A stretch of DNA of 64,000 bases from Octopus vulgaris (lineage: Eukaryota): NCBI GenBank assembly GCA_951406725.2, contig OX597818.1, positions 66,278,001 through 66,342,000 of the forward strand, given 5' to 3'. A program made the position numbers and the translations under genes. The notes beneath the pieces are model-generated. The model was given only the letters and a program-made list of their open reading frames with translations. It searched no databases and was not told where the DNA came from. This document shows positions 12,790 through 25,020 of this stretch, piece after piece. Each line of letters begins with the position of its first letter. Position 1 is the first letter of the stretch.

Positions 12790-13088
12790 TTGACGCATGC
12801 CTGCACGCGTGGTGAACACTGTTCACGTCAAACAGCTGACTGAGTAAAGTTCGCTATTCCATGCATGGGATAAGGCCTAAAGAAACACATTATCGATTTT
12901 TGCACTTGCGCGATGAATTTCGGAACAGAAATAGCGCAGTTCAATTTTCATTCGCCTATACTTTAAGTGACCCATTTTTGGTGGTCCTATGGTTTGTTGA
13001 CTAGAAGAAGATATTCCGGGAAGTTAAACACACAGACACACACACAGATACACACACAGACACACAAGTTGAGTTTTATATATATAGA
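12790..13088 (-). mobile_element. Non-autonomous Helitron-like 5' portion
   Basis: Minus strand begins A|TCTATATATATAAAACTCAACTTGTGTGTCTG, like the 5' end of the 59381-60507 element; no 3' CTAG end seen. Confidence 0.5.
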
Positions 13089-13341
13089 TATATCTGAATA
13101 ATATAAATGCATTTTATATATAGTGAGGCAGAGACCTATGTCTGGTTATATTACTTCATTAGGAATACCCAAAAGGTTAGATATCTTTTGGAAATTTGAT
13201 GTTGAAACTTTTACTGATGGTTCTACAAACTCACGTTGACTTTCGAGTTGTATTTATGCCCTGAAATCACCCAAATACCCACCTCCGCATATAAGATTTA
13301 TTTTGTAAATTTCATAGCTCTCCGACAATTTCCTCTTGCAG

Positions 13342-13469
13342 TTCTTACTGTCATATCCAGCCGTGCTAATAAACTGGTATTGTGTAATGCATATGGTGGG
13401 TTATTATCCGAACTACCTGGAGGATGTGGTTGCCAAATCAATGATTTACACATAAGCGTCCACTTGCAA
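13342..13469 (+). CDS. Candidate host exon, WD40-like peptide
   Basis: ttcctcttgcag acceptor, CAA|gtaaat donor; LTVISSRANKLVLCNAYGGLLSELPGGCGCQINDLHISVHLQ has WD40-like spacing. Competes with an antisense candidate. Confidence 0.35.
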
Positions 13470-13524
13470 GTAAATGGAGTAGGCTTGTACATGGACTTCT
13501 TCTCATCATTCTCTCCTGGTAGTC
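13349..13524 (-). CDS. Alternative candidate host exon on the opposite strand
   Basis: ttttcacaatttcaag acceptor, ACA|gtaaga donor; (G)LPGENDEKKSMYKPTPFTCKWTLMCKSLIWQPHPPGSSDNNPPYALHNTSLLARLDMT; phase-compatible with 33276-33390 (-). Confidence 0.35.
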
Positions 13525-14519
13525 CTTGAAATTGTGAAAATGTGATATACAGACAAATGTTTGTCTTTTTGGCCGTATGAAATCCAACTATAGTCGCACA
13601 TATCGAATTTGAGTTCAGAAATTCGCAACCGAAATATACGGGGTTCGAACCGCTTATACATTGTTCAATACAGTTATATTATAATCTCCAATCATTTACA
13701 AAATCATTAAGAATGACCTTAAATAATGATAACTCGTGTAGGAACAGGAGAAAATATTCGATTCTATTCTTTAGGGTTTGTCGTATTTACCATTTCAACG
13801 AAGATCACGTTTTTGCTATAATTATGTGACCTGATTTTTATTTTGTTTATAGTTTGAACCATAATTGGAAACCCTGTAAAGGACCTGAGGCGTGGAACTC
13901 AAACTGTGCCACTTAAAATATTTTGGAAATTAACACGTTTCCTAATTGATTCATGCCTTCTCGAGAAAATTTACATGTCCCGAATCGATTGCTATTGTTT
14001 ATATATATTCTTGAATTGTATTTTATTATTGGTGTGAGACACCGTTTCTACCAGATGGTTATTTATTCATTTTCACTCTCAATAAAGAATTTAAGAAAAT
14101 ATGTTTAATTAAATACGTATTCAGATGGTTTTACAAATATCCAACATATTTTTGTGGTGGTAATAAAGTGACGGAGGCCAAAAAAAAAAAAAAAAAAGAA
14201 ACACAAATGCAGTTTCAGGCTGTAGGAATCTTCTTTTATATTGACTAACGCAGCAGAAAGTATTCAGCTCCCTCGATTTTGTACTATGGCCAGAATCCCT
14301 GGTATGAATTAAGGGCAGCAGCTTGTTCTGTCATGAGTAATCTGACCCGATTCATAATACCTCGAGTTATTTGGTTCAATTAATTGACAATAACGAATGG
14401 TGCGCGAGAGAGTGATTTATTAATGTGGAGTCGGAACAGTAGAACAAAGACACAATTTAGAGACTAGAAGCCACTGTCTATCGCTAAATTTACATATCAT
14501 TATATACTGCATATTTGAA

Positions 14520-14815
14520 ACCGTGTTTGCTTATAGTTAGGGTATCGCACTTACGATCTTTAGATTAAGGGTTCGATGCTCGGAAAGGGCAGCGCCTTGT
14601 GTTCTTCACCAAAGCACTTCATTTCCTGTTGTTTCAGTCAAATCAAATTTAAATGGGTTAACCTTTTTTTGGAACTGCCTTCCGATCAGAAAAAATGTAT
14701 GTATGCTCGGCTAGCGTGTGTGGTGGTGTCATTCGAAAGCTAAAAAAATGCGAAGCGCATTGTTACCAGCGATGTACAACAATATCCGATACTCTAACCG
14801 AAATGGCGTACTCTG
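14520..14815 (+). mobile_element. Degenerate tRNA-derived SINE, family C
   Basis: B-box-like GGTTCGATGC followed by ttgtgttcttcaccaaagcacttcatttc. Confidence 0.55.
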
Positions 14816-16724
14816 ATCAGGAACATATTTTGAATACATGTCATATCTACTACTACACCTCCCCACCACATAGATACATATAAGCTGTCATCTGAATTAC
14901 ACAACAATGCAAATAATATTGACATCTCATTTTTAACAGATATATTAATCAAAATTACATAAAATATCGCGAAGATTGAGGGGAGGACACATTAGATATA
15001 TTACTTTGGAATTGTGGACGAAGGAAGAAAGTAGAGGAGGTAAGATCTACCTTCTTTCTTCCGGTAATAAAGACAAAGCAGAATAATGTACACACATTCT
15101 CACAAAATGATATAAAGACGTTCCAATTAATTGACGTCCTACCTATTCACAATTTGAGTGCATGAAATGAATATAATCAACTTTACGATGAACCAACAAA
15201 CTCAGATTTGCAAACAAAGCAATCCACTAAGAATTTCATAATTTATGAAAGATTTACAATACATATTTATGATTTATGATATTGATTTCTGAAGAAAATA
15301 AAGACCGAACTCTCTACGTGGTAAAGTTGATGGACAGTGAAATGGTGGAGATTTCTTGTTCCTCCTCCACATCAAATGCTTGAGATGAATGTTTGTGCCT
15401 TCTCATATCTCACGCATTCTGACGTTTTATCACAATCATAGAATGACAAGCACAAATAATACACACACAAACATTAATACACATACACACGAGCGCGGGT
15501 ACACACACATATAAATACCTATGTATGTATATTAAGAGAAGGGTCGGGAAGAGAGTAAAGCGGGACAGAGAGGGGGAAGAGAGAGAGAGAGAGAGGGAGA
15601 GAAAAAATCCTGACAAAGTGCACTTATTTTATTAGGCTGAAACAACAAAGATGTTTTAATGTTTCTTTGGAAATTAGAACATGCTGTGAAATGGCTTCCA
15701 ACTTCGGTCACTTACTACGAAATCCAATATTTCATTTATTTTCTTTATATCTTTGCTGGAATTATTCTAGTGTCCTTTTCAGAATCATCGTATTTCTGCT
15801 GTTCATATGGGAAGCCGCGTTGCTGCAATCGTTTGAATGTTCATCTCCAAATATTCGCTTTTATTTTACATAGTCGGAACAATTAAAAGCCTGATTTAGA
15901 TGGAGGTCGAAATCTCTTTGATTCGTATACATTCTATCTGGCGACATAGACGCCTGTTTTAGAGGTAGAAGCAATGTTATTTGATTTTGCAATATTAATA
16001 TACATTAGGCTTCAAGATGAAAGCTTTATTGTAATAACATTAGACAGATGTGTGTGTATTTAATAAATCATCAGACGTATGTTTCGTCTTTTCAATTATT
16101 TCCAATGCAGTTTTCGCGAAGTTTACAGTTACAGGTTAAATATATTTCTACCTGTGATGTCTCGTTCAAAAACACAGAGGTGTGTTAACGTTTGGACTTC
16201 AGTTGACAATGGTGTCAAAGTTACAAAATATTATATTCATATACACAGAAGCAGAGACGTCTATCAGATTTCCGTCGTAATGAATAGAAACGATATCAGT
16301 TATAGCAATATAACAGATATACGCTTCAGAAATACCTATCGATAAATGCTTTACTTCAGAAATACATAGAGGTAAACGCGTCCCTACTAAGTAAGAGAGA
16401 ATGAGTTCATATTTTATTATGTTGTACAAATACGATATTATCCATTTTATCAAACCATTTTGTTTTTGCCTTGCAGTAATATATTTTAGTATATTAAGTG
16501 AAATCGATTTTATTCTTCATATTATTGGATATATTACTTCCTGGGACGTTTCCAGCATTTGTTTTGAAATGATTCTAAAATTCTGCGTTTTCTTTCTCGT
16601 TTACAAACATACATGCACACACTCTAATACGAAACATAACCTGGAGAGACAACTGCCACTATTTTTATACAAAAATTATAGAGATCCTACGAAGTGGAAA
16701 CAAAACAGAAACGCTACTGCAAAT

Positions 16725-16865
16725 ATTGATACAAAGCCAGCAAGTTTGGGGGAGCGCTTCAGACAAATTCATCGAAGCAAGAGTTCAAATGGTATTTCTA
16801 TTATCGACCCCAAAACGATGAAATGTAGAGACGACCGAGGCAGAATTTGAAGTCAGAACATAACA
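16725..16865 (-). mobile_element. SINE family B fragment
   Basis: gttctgacttcaaattctgcctcggtcg...tttcatcgttttggggtcgataat matches 34690-34750. Confidence 0.65.
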
Positions 16866-17111
16866 TATATACATATATATATATACATATATACATATAG
16901 ACATATAAATATATACATATATATATATATATACACATACATATATACATGTATATACGTATATATATATATGTATAATGTACATATATACATATATATA
17001 CATATGTACATATATAGATACACACATATATATATATATATATGTACACACATATATACATATACATGCATATATGCATATACATATGCATATACATATA
17101 CGTATACATAT

Positions 17112-17148
<37 letters not shown>

Positions 17149-17178
17149 CATATATATATACATACATATATACATAAA

Positions 17179-17210
<32 letters not shown>

Positions 17211-17215
<5 letters not shown>

Positions 17216-17696
17216 TAGACTTAGATAAACTTAGATATGTTTCGACCAAAGATTGGTCCAGGCCATGTCCAACTTAATAGCACCACCTGATAGGATTACT
17301 TGAATCCTGTTCAAGTCAAATTTTGTTTATGGTCCATTTATGTAGTGAGTTTTTGTTGGGGGAGTTGTATCCAATTATGGGTGGCTTATCTGGTATTCCT
17401 TGAAGGAATCTATCCAGACTCCGTTTAAAGTTGATGGGATAATTTTCCTCTTTGATCACTTACGGGACAATGTTAAATAGGGCAGGGCCTGTTGAGGAAA
17501 AGAAATTATGTTGCAGTGTACATGTATGCTGTGATCTGGAATTGGGCAGGGGACGTATGGCCCGTGGTCCCAGTCTTGGATGAATCTTGAAGCTATGGTT
17601 CAGGTCGTTTGGGCAAATTTGGCGGTATATTCTCCACATCGTACAAATGATGTACCGCTCACGGCGACGCTGGAGAGAGTAGAGTTTCAAGGCTTT
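17211..17696 (-). mobile_element. CR1-like LINE 3' fragment
   Basis: [24 protein letters not shown]...HPRLGPRAIRP...GPALFNIVP; 3' end with a short tandem tail (tctaagt-like); paralogous to 18808-19748. Confidence 0.85.
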
Positions 17697-18060
17697 ATAC
17701 ATATATATATATACATATATATATATACATATATACATACATATATACACATATATATACACATATATATATACAAATATACATATAAATATACACACAT
17801 ATATATATATATACATATATACATATATATAATAGAAATAGTAAAATTATTAAGTCTCTATAAAAGAGATTACGACAGCGTTTACTGGAAATTAATTGTT
17901 ATCGCCATATTAATATGGCATTCTTTTAGATATAAGAATAATCGCTGCCGCTGGTCAGCTCCATGAGGCCACCGCCTTAAGATAGCTATTGATACACGAT
18001 CTGTATCCATTAAAACCTTCGAACAAGGGAGGTCAGCCGCTTCACACTGACAGTCTGACA

Positions 18061-18102
18061 GCTACAGACGCGTTTCGGGGTATTGCCCCTTGTCAATGTA
18101 GC
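18061..18102 (-). ncRNA. Type I hammerhead ribozyme, U3-A8 core variant
   Basis: GCTACA TTGACAA GGGG-CAATA-CCCC GAAA CGCG TC TGTAGC: 6-bp stem I, 4-bp stem II, palindromic ACGCGT stem III, GUC cleavage triplet. Confidence 0.85.
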
Positions 18103-18448
18103 GCAGTTAGACCCCGCAGGTGTCGCCACTGACGTCTCTGTTCGAAGGCTTATATTTACCTTGTTCGAAGGTTTTAATGGATACAGATCGTGTATCAATA
18201 GCTATCTTAAGGCGGTGGCCTCATAGAGCTGACCAGCGGCAGCGATTATTCTTATATCTATAAGAATGCCATATTAATATGGCGATAACAGTTAATTTCC
18301 AGTAAACGCTGTCGTAATCTCTTTTATAGAGACTTAGTAATTTTAATATTTCTATTATTGAAAACAAGTGGATGTATTCCACTGAAACTAGGTAAATATA
18401 AGCCTTCGAACAGAGACGTCAGTGGCGACACCTGCGGGGTCTGACTAC

Positions 18449-18490
18449 GCTACATTGACAAGGGGCAATACCTCGAAACGCGTCTGTAGC
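18449..18490 (+). ncRNA. Type I hammerhead ribozyme, U3-A8 core variant
   Basis: GCTACA TTGACAA GGGG-CAATA-CCTC GAAA CGCG TC TGTAGC; stem I extends (GTCTGAC/GTCGGAC) beyond an internal loop. Confidence 0.85.
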
Positions 18491-18690
18491 TGTCGGACTG
18501 GCAGTGTGAAGCGGCTGACCTCCCTTGTTCGAAGGTTATAATGGATACAGAACGTGTATCAATAGCTATCTTAAGGCGGTGGCCTCAAGGAGCTGACCAG
18601 CGGCAGCGATTATTCTTATATCTATAAGAATGCCATATTAATATGGCGATAACAATTAATTACATATATATATATATATATATATATATA

Positions 18691-18737
<47 letters not shown>

Positions 18738-18742
18738 CATAC

Positions 18743-18777
<35 letters not shown>

Positions 18778-18807
18778 AATATATACATATATATATACAC
18801 ATATATA

Positions 18808-19748
18808 GGCGAATGACAGGACATGCCTTCAATCAGATCTACTGGCTGTTATCCAATGGGCAGAAAAAAACAATATGCTGCTGAACGAGGATACATTTGA
18901 GTTAATCCACTTTGGAAAAGATGATGCCCTGACACTCCCATACTCCCTTCCTTCAGGTGAAACTCTCGCGGCGTCCAACAACATCAGAGACTTGGGAGTA
19001 ATTGTGGACAACAACATAAGCTGGGCCACTCATATAAACACCAAAGTTGACATGGCCCGCAGAATGTGTTCCTGGATTCTCAGAACTTTCCAGTCGAGAG
19101 ATATCCACACCATTATCCTTCTCTTCTCCACTTTTGCCCGACCCCACCTTGAATACTGTTGTCCACTGTGGTCTCCCCACACAATACAAGGTATCATAAG
19201 AGTTGAAGCACCTCAAAGGGCAATCACAAAAAAGATAGATGGCATGACAGGCCTCGACTATTGGGGTCGACTAGAAAAGCTAAAACTCTATTCTCTCCAA
19301 CGTCGTCGTGAGCGCTACGTCATCTGCATGATGTGGAAAATATTCCATCAGCATTGCCCAAATGATGTTGGCATCACCTTTAAGGTACATCCAAGACTTG
19401 GGCCCCGTGCCATCCGCCCAAAACAAAAATCGCACTCTCATCTCATAACAACAATACGGCACAATTATTTCACCTCAATTGGCCCCGCTCTCTTTAACAT
19501 TACACCAAAACACATTAAAACAGAAACTGACCTATAGGGTTCAAGAAGTCTTTGGACAGATTCCTTCAAGAAATCCCGGATAAACCTCCTACACCCGGAT
19601 ATGTCTCTGTAAACAATAACTCTCTACTTGAGTGAGCCATAGTGCCCAAATTCTGACTTGAAAGACTTCACCAGGTGGTGCTATTAAGTTAGACATGGCC
19701 TGGGCCAATAATGGCCGAAACCTATCAAAGTATCAAAGTATCAAAGTA
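18808..19748 (+). mobile_element. 5'-truncated CR1-like LINE (RT C-terminus, 3' UTR, 8-bp tandem tail)
   Basis: RDLGVIVDNNISWATHI...RPHLEYCCPLWSPH...[17 protein letters not shown]; ends in (TATCAAAG)3. Confidence 0.9.
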
Positions 19749-20027
19749 TATATATACATATATACATATATATACATATATATATATACATATGTATATA
19801 TTATATATATGTATATATATATATATATATACATATGTATATATATTATATATATATACATATGTATATATTATATATATATATATATACATATGTATAT
19901 TATATATATATATATACATATGTATATATTATATATATATATACATATGTATATATCATATATATATATACATATGTATATATTATATATATATATATAC
20001 ATATGTATATATTATATATATATATAC

Positions 20028-20086
<59 letters not shown>

Positions 20087-20103
20087 CATATACATGCATA
20101 CAT

Positions 20104-20167
<64 letters not shown>

Positions 20168-20889
20168 ACACATAGAGTGGGGGAGAGATGAAGTTGTACA
20201 TGCAGTTTTATTACCCTGTTGTTCTATAGCGTCTATGACCTTCCATTTCCAGTCAATCAAGACGGCACAACTAGCCATTTCTTTTTAGATAAATTTATCT
20301 TCGCCTACCTTGTGTCAACTGTGTTTGTGGCAACTACATTAACATTATCAATTATCCCAGTAACATGGGTTTAAGCCTATGAGTAGCAGCTAGAATACCA
20401 TTGTTATCACTATATGCTGAATGCACCAAACCTTATGTTCCCTCGGAAATGAGCAGGGACCACTTACAGTAAGACCTTCTTTCACTGTATGGAGGTCCCT
20501 GCACAGTGATCGCTGGATAATGTAGCAAGTTGTAGTGTGTATCTATGTTTAACAAAGTAAATCATAAATCCAGCTGTTGAATTTCTGAAGATATAATTAC
20601 CCTGCAATGAAGAATAAGTGTGTATATTATTTGCTGCTTTGTATTGTGATATTGTATTCACTGTATTGTTTGAAGAAAAACAAAAGTCAAGAATATAATA
20701 GAGTATTTGATAATAAATCCATGAAATTAATTGAGTTGCTTCACTTTAGGCTTAATTAATTTTTGCATAAGAAAAACATATTTATTCCACTTCAATACAT
20801 ATGAGCACACGCATTTCCAAATATGAAAGATGGCAAGTAAATGTGTGTGTGTGTCTCTCTCTCTATACGTATATATATATGTATATGTA

Positions 20890-20934
<45 letters not shown>

Positions 20935-21099
20935 GTGTGTGTGTATATATATTTATGTGTATAGATATACATATATATATACATATATATATATATACAC
21001 ATATATGCATATATATACACATATACATATACATATACATACACATATATATATACATATATATATATACATATATATACATATATATGTGTATGTATA

Positions 21100-21170
<71 letters not shown>

Positions 21171-21871
21171 GTGTATTTGTATGCATACGCGTGTTATACG
21201 AGTATTTAATCATAAAGAGCCTTGTGGAATGTTTTGTTTCATTAGGATTATGTTTGTATATCTACATACTTAGACATCTTTCAGCGTACTCATTTCTGAA
21301 TATTAGTAATATACAAACGCACGGAGAAACATCATATATATATATACAAACAAAGAGAGCCTAAGCGAAAACAGAGGAGAGATAAATAGTAACATTGACA
21401 CAAACAAATACATGTATACTCAAGCCTCTTTGTACGTATATCTATGAATATACGTGTGTTTGCATGAAAAGTAATACCAGTGTAGGTTTTCAAAATAAGA
21501 AAGATGAACGGTGGGGTTAGCATAGAAAGTAAGAAAATAAACAAAAACGAAATAAGAAGAGCTTAATAAATATGAAAATCTCCTGTCAATATATTAACAT
21601 GAGAGAAAATTTGTAATTAACGGTTATTGCCTTCTGTATGTAATGTTTCTTCGATTACTTTTCATTCTACTCCGTATATTCATATCAAATTAAATTATAT
21701 TGGCATCAAGTTTTATGATCCAATAATGAAGTTCCAATGTATTCGTCACTGAAATGCAAGAACCTAATTGTTTAACAACAGATTTTAATTATCCTTGATT
21801 TAGTTCCAGTGAAAAAGACATTAATGTATATATATCTATGTGAGCGTGTATATATATACACACACACACAC

Positions 21872-21907
<36 letters not shown>

Positions 21908-22410
21908 AGTATATGCAGACACACGGATATATATTTATATTGAGGTACACACATACACTAAAGCACTACTCTGCATATATATATACATACTAATACGTAT
22001 ACATATAGACATATATATATATATATTATGTGAAATAGAAAGATGAATAATCTTGTAGTAGATTAATCAAAAGTTTAACCGATACCTAATGGGACCATAT
22101 TGTGTCTTTCTCTTCAGGAAGAAAATAGGAAATCCGTTGGAAAAACAAAAACAGAACAGAGGCGGAGCAAAAACAAATCGAACTATGCTCCTAAGAGCCC
22201 ATGGCGAAAGTGTTTATCAGTGTATGCTGAGAACCGGTGGCTGAAGAATTCAACGGGTCAGGCATCGGTCAATCGTGTGGGTGGGGGTGCGTAGATGTTC
22301 TTTGTGACCGAGAATAAAGTTCTGACTATTTAAGGAATATTGGATGTTTTATAAGGGGCGAGATCGTTCGGCTGTCAGTGGCTACTGCCGTGATAACCGT
22401 TGGGTGGCAG

Positions 22411-22443
<33 letters not shown>

Positions 22444-22691
22444 TCATGTTTTATGTGTGTATGTGTTCATCTAAGCCTGCCTTGTCAAGGAAACCCCCCG
22501 CTGTTAAAAAACCAAGCCCCGTTTGTCTTACAGGGAGTAATTCCCCTTGCAGTGGTTAATCGTAGATATCTTAAAGGCTATTTCAGAATTTGTTACCAAG
22601 GGCTATGGGTGCCGGTATTATTTATAAACGCTATTTAAAAGCCAGATAAGTGTAACGCCGCCAATGGCGTTTCTTCAATTCACCAATAATG

Positions 22692-22749
<58 letters not shown>

Positions 22750-23059
22750 TTGTGTTTGTGTTTGTGTATATTTACAATACTACAAATATACATTTTCATA
22801 ACGGTATAAGCATACGCATACTCATGCGCATATATATAAATGTGTATATCTAACGAAGAAAACTATAGTGTGACTAAATCTAGGTCAACACACATTTAGT
22901 CCAGCTGATTTGTACTGCTATTACTAAAATGATACATATAAGTCACCATCCATTTCCTGTGAGATATCTAACTTCTAAATCCGACGTTCCAGCCACAAAA
23001 ATTTATATATATATATTTCATGATTGGATTGGGTTTCCAAGATTCCTTATGTGAATTCG

Positions 23060-25020
23060 TGTATTAAAACACTCTGTTGTGTCTGGTGAAGCCATTCTCT
23101 TTTAGTGCCTCATAATCTAACACACTTATTTCCTTCTTTATTTTTTCAACATTCATAGCAACGGACCAATTGAAAGACACGGCATTCTCTTGTAAAATTC
23201 CTACAAATATAGACCAGCACATCATGAAGACGATCAACAACCTGGTTTCAAAACACTACAACTCATTTACCGATAATGAAAGAGACTAACATCACCAATT
23301 TCGAGCGAAAGTCCAGCAACTTCTACGGCTTACCGAAAATACATAAATCAAAAGATATTCAACATGCAGTAAACGAAGAAAAAAGTGGGTATATAAAATT
23401 ACTTAGACCTATTATAACTGGTCCAGGATGCCCTACTCACCGTCTAAGCAATTTTATTGATATTGTTTTGAAACCACTATGTACCTACATATACTGTTTC
23501 ATCCGGGATGTCATTGACTTCCTGTCTCATCTTCTCAAAAGAACTGAAACAAATCCACTTCTACATGGTTTTAATGTGGTAAGCCTTTACACCAATATTC
23601 CACATGATTTAGGAATAAGGGCGATTTGATGCTGGGTCCAAAACATAGAGAAGTGATTCCCAACTGCTTCACAGTTCCAATTATATGAGACATACTCAGA
23701 CGTATTCTGAAAAACAACATAATCTTCTTGAATGAAAGAATTTCATCCAAATCAAGGACCCAGGGACGGGAACGAGGTAGCTTCCGTTTACACGAACTCT
23801 GTAATGAGATATCTAGAACAACAACTCTGCCAAGAAGGAGAGGAAAACCATAGCGCAAGAGTTAGAAATTATATCGAAATATATTGTTTCATAATCTGCA
23901 CACAATCTCTAAATGCTTTGAAAGAGTTCAATATCCTACTGAACAACCTACATCCATCTCTCCCATTTACAAAGGAGATGAGTAGTACCAAATTATCATT
24001 CCTAGATAGAATGTTAATTAAAAAGAACACAAATATTACCACAGATATATACTACAAACACAGGGACCCACATCATTAACTGATTTTTAAGTCGTGCCTT
24101 CCACCACATACAAAATGCAACATCGCATACAGCGTAGCCAAAAGTATTTATACCATAGAATAAAATGCAAATATCAGGAACAAACGCCTAACAAAATACT
24201 CGTCTCTACTTTTAGAATATGGCATACAGCGGGCTAGAAAAATAACCATGCAACAACAGAGAAGAGCCCAAAGGAAAGGAATACAGGTAAAAGTCATTCC
24301 ATTTATAGTGACACATAACCTATGTCACTAGAATAATATCTTCAGAATTGCCAAAGGAGACCTACCAATCATTGCTCAAAGTAATGAATTAAAAGATATA
24401 ATCACAAATCCAGCTAAGTTTCTTAGTAAGAGAATACTAAAAACTTGAAAATGTTATTAGCAAAGGCAAAGTTTGACGTTAGCAACAAATACAAATCATT
24501 CACTATATCTAAATTCAATAATAGCCGATGTGGTACGTGTCAATTTATACATGCTGTCTAATATATGAACACAAAAACCGGAGAAATATCCACGAACGCA
24601 AATATGAACTGCAAAACCAGAAATTTAATTTGCTACATCAAATGCCCAAATTGTAAAGAACTATGTTGGTCAGACTGGAAATGCACTATCAGTAGGTCCA
24701 CGTGTGCATCGACAACAAATAAAAGACCCAGATGTCTGTCAGATATCTTTGATTAACCATCTAGCAACATGCAGTCGGAAAGTACTTATAATATTTCCAT
24801 CCTACAAACTACAAAGTCCAAGTGAAATTTTAAAAAAACATAATATCAGAGAAAAGGACTTTATTAAGACACCTACCACACCTAACAACAACAATACTAA
24901 AGGTGCTCATTATGATGATAGCAGGGAAACACTAAGTCAAGAGAAACGTCAGTAAAAATTCTTATTTCGGGTTTTAAAATTCTATAACGACAAAAATAAT
25001 ACAGGAAATGGTAATGGTGA
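23060..25020 (+). mobile_element. Decayed Penelope-like retroelement (RT and GIY-YIG)
   Basis: FYGLPKIHK, LRPII, FNVVSLYTNIP, LNNLHPSLPFT, LSFLD, TDIYYK (PLE RT); CKTRNLICYIKCPNCKE followed by frameshifted YVGQTG (GIY-YIG); many stops and frameshifts. Confidence 0.9.

Larger units (their letters stand above)
17831..18662. mobile_element. Retrozyme/Penelope-terminal-repeat-like element: 364-bp non-coding unit, one inverted copy plus two partial tandem copies, each orientation with a hammerhead ribozyme
   Basis: 18161 and 18525 start the same sequence (period 364); 17831-18160 is the reverse complement of the unit; flanked by (TA)n. Confidence 0.85.

Noticed and set aside
16401-16850. 149-aa plus ORF containing GYITSWDVSS
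   Set aside because: No usable donor site, AT-rich composition, and it runs into a SINE.
17831-18662. CRISPR array or LTR retrotransposon
   Set aside because: No repeat-spacer periodicity, no TG..CA ends, PBS or PPT; eukaryotic context.
22100-22680. Possible LINE 3' UTR or promoter-like GC-richer block
   Set aside because: No coding motif or second copy in the window to support a call.
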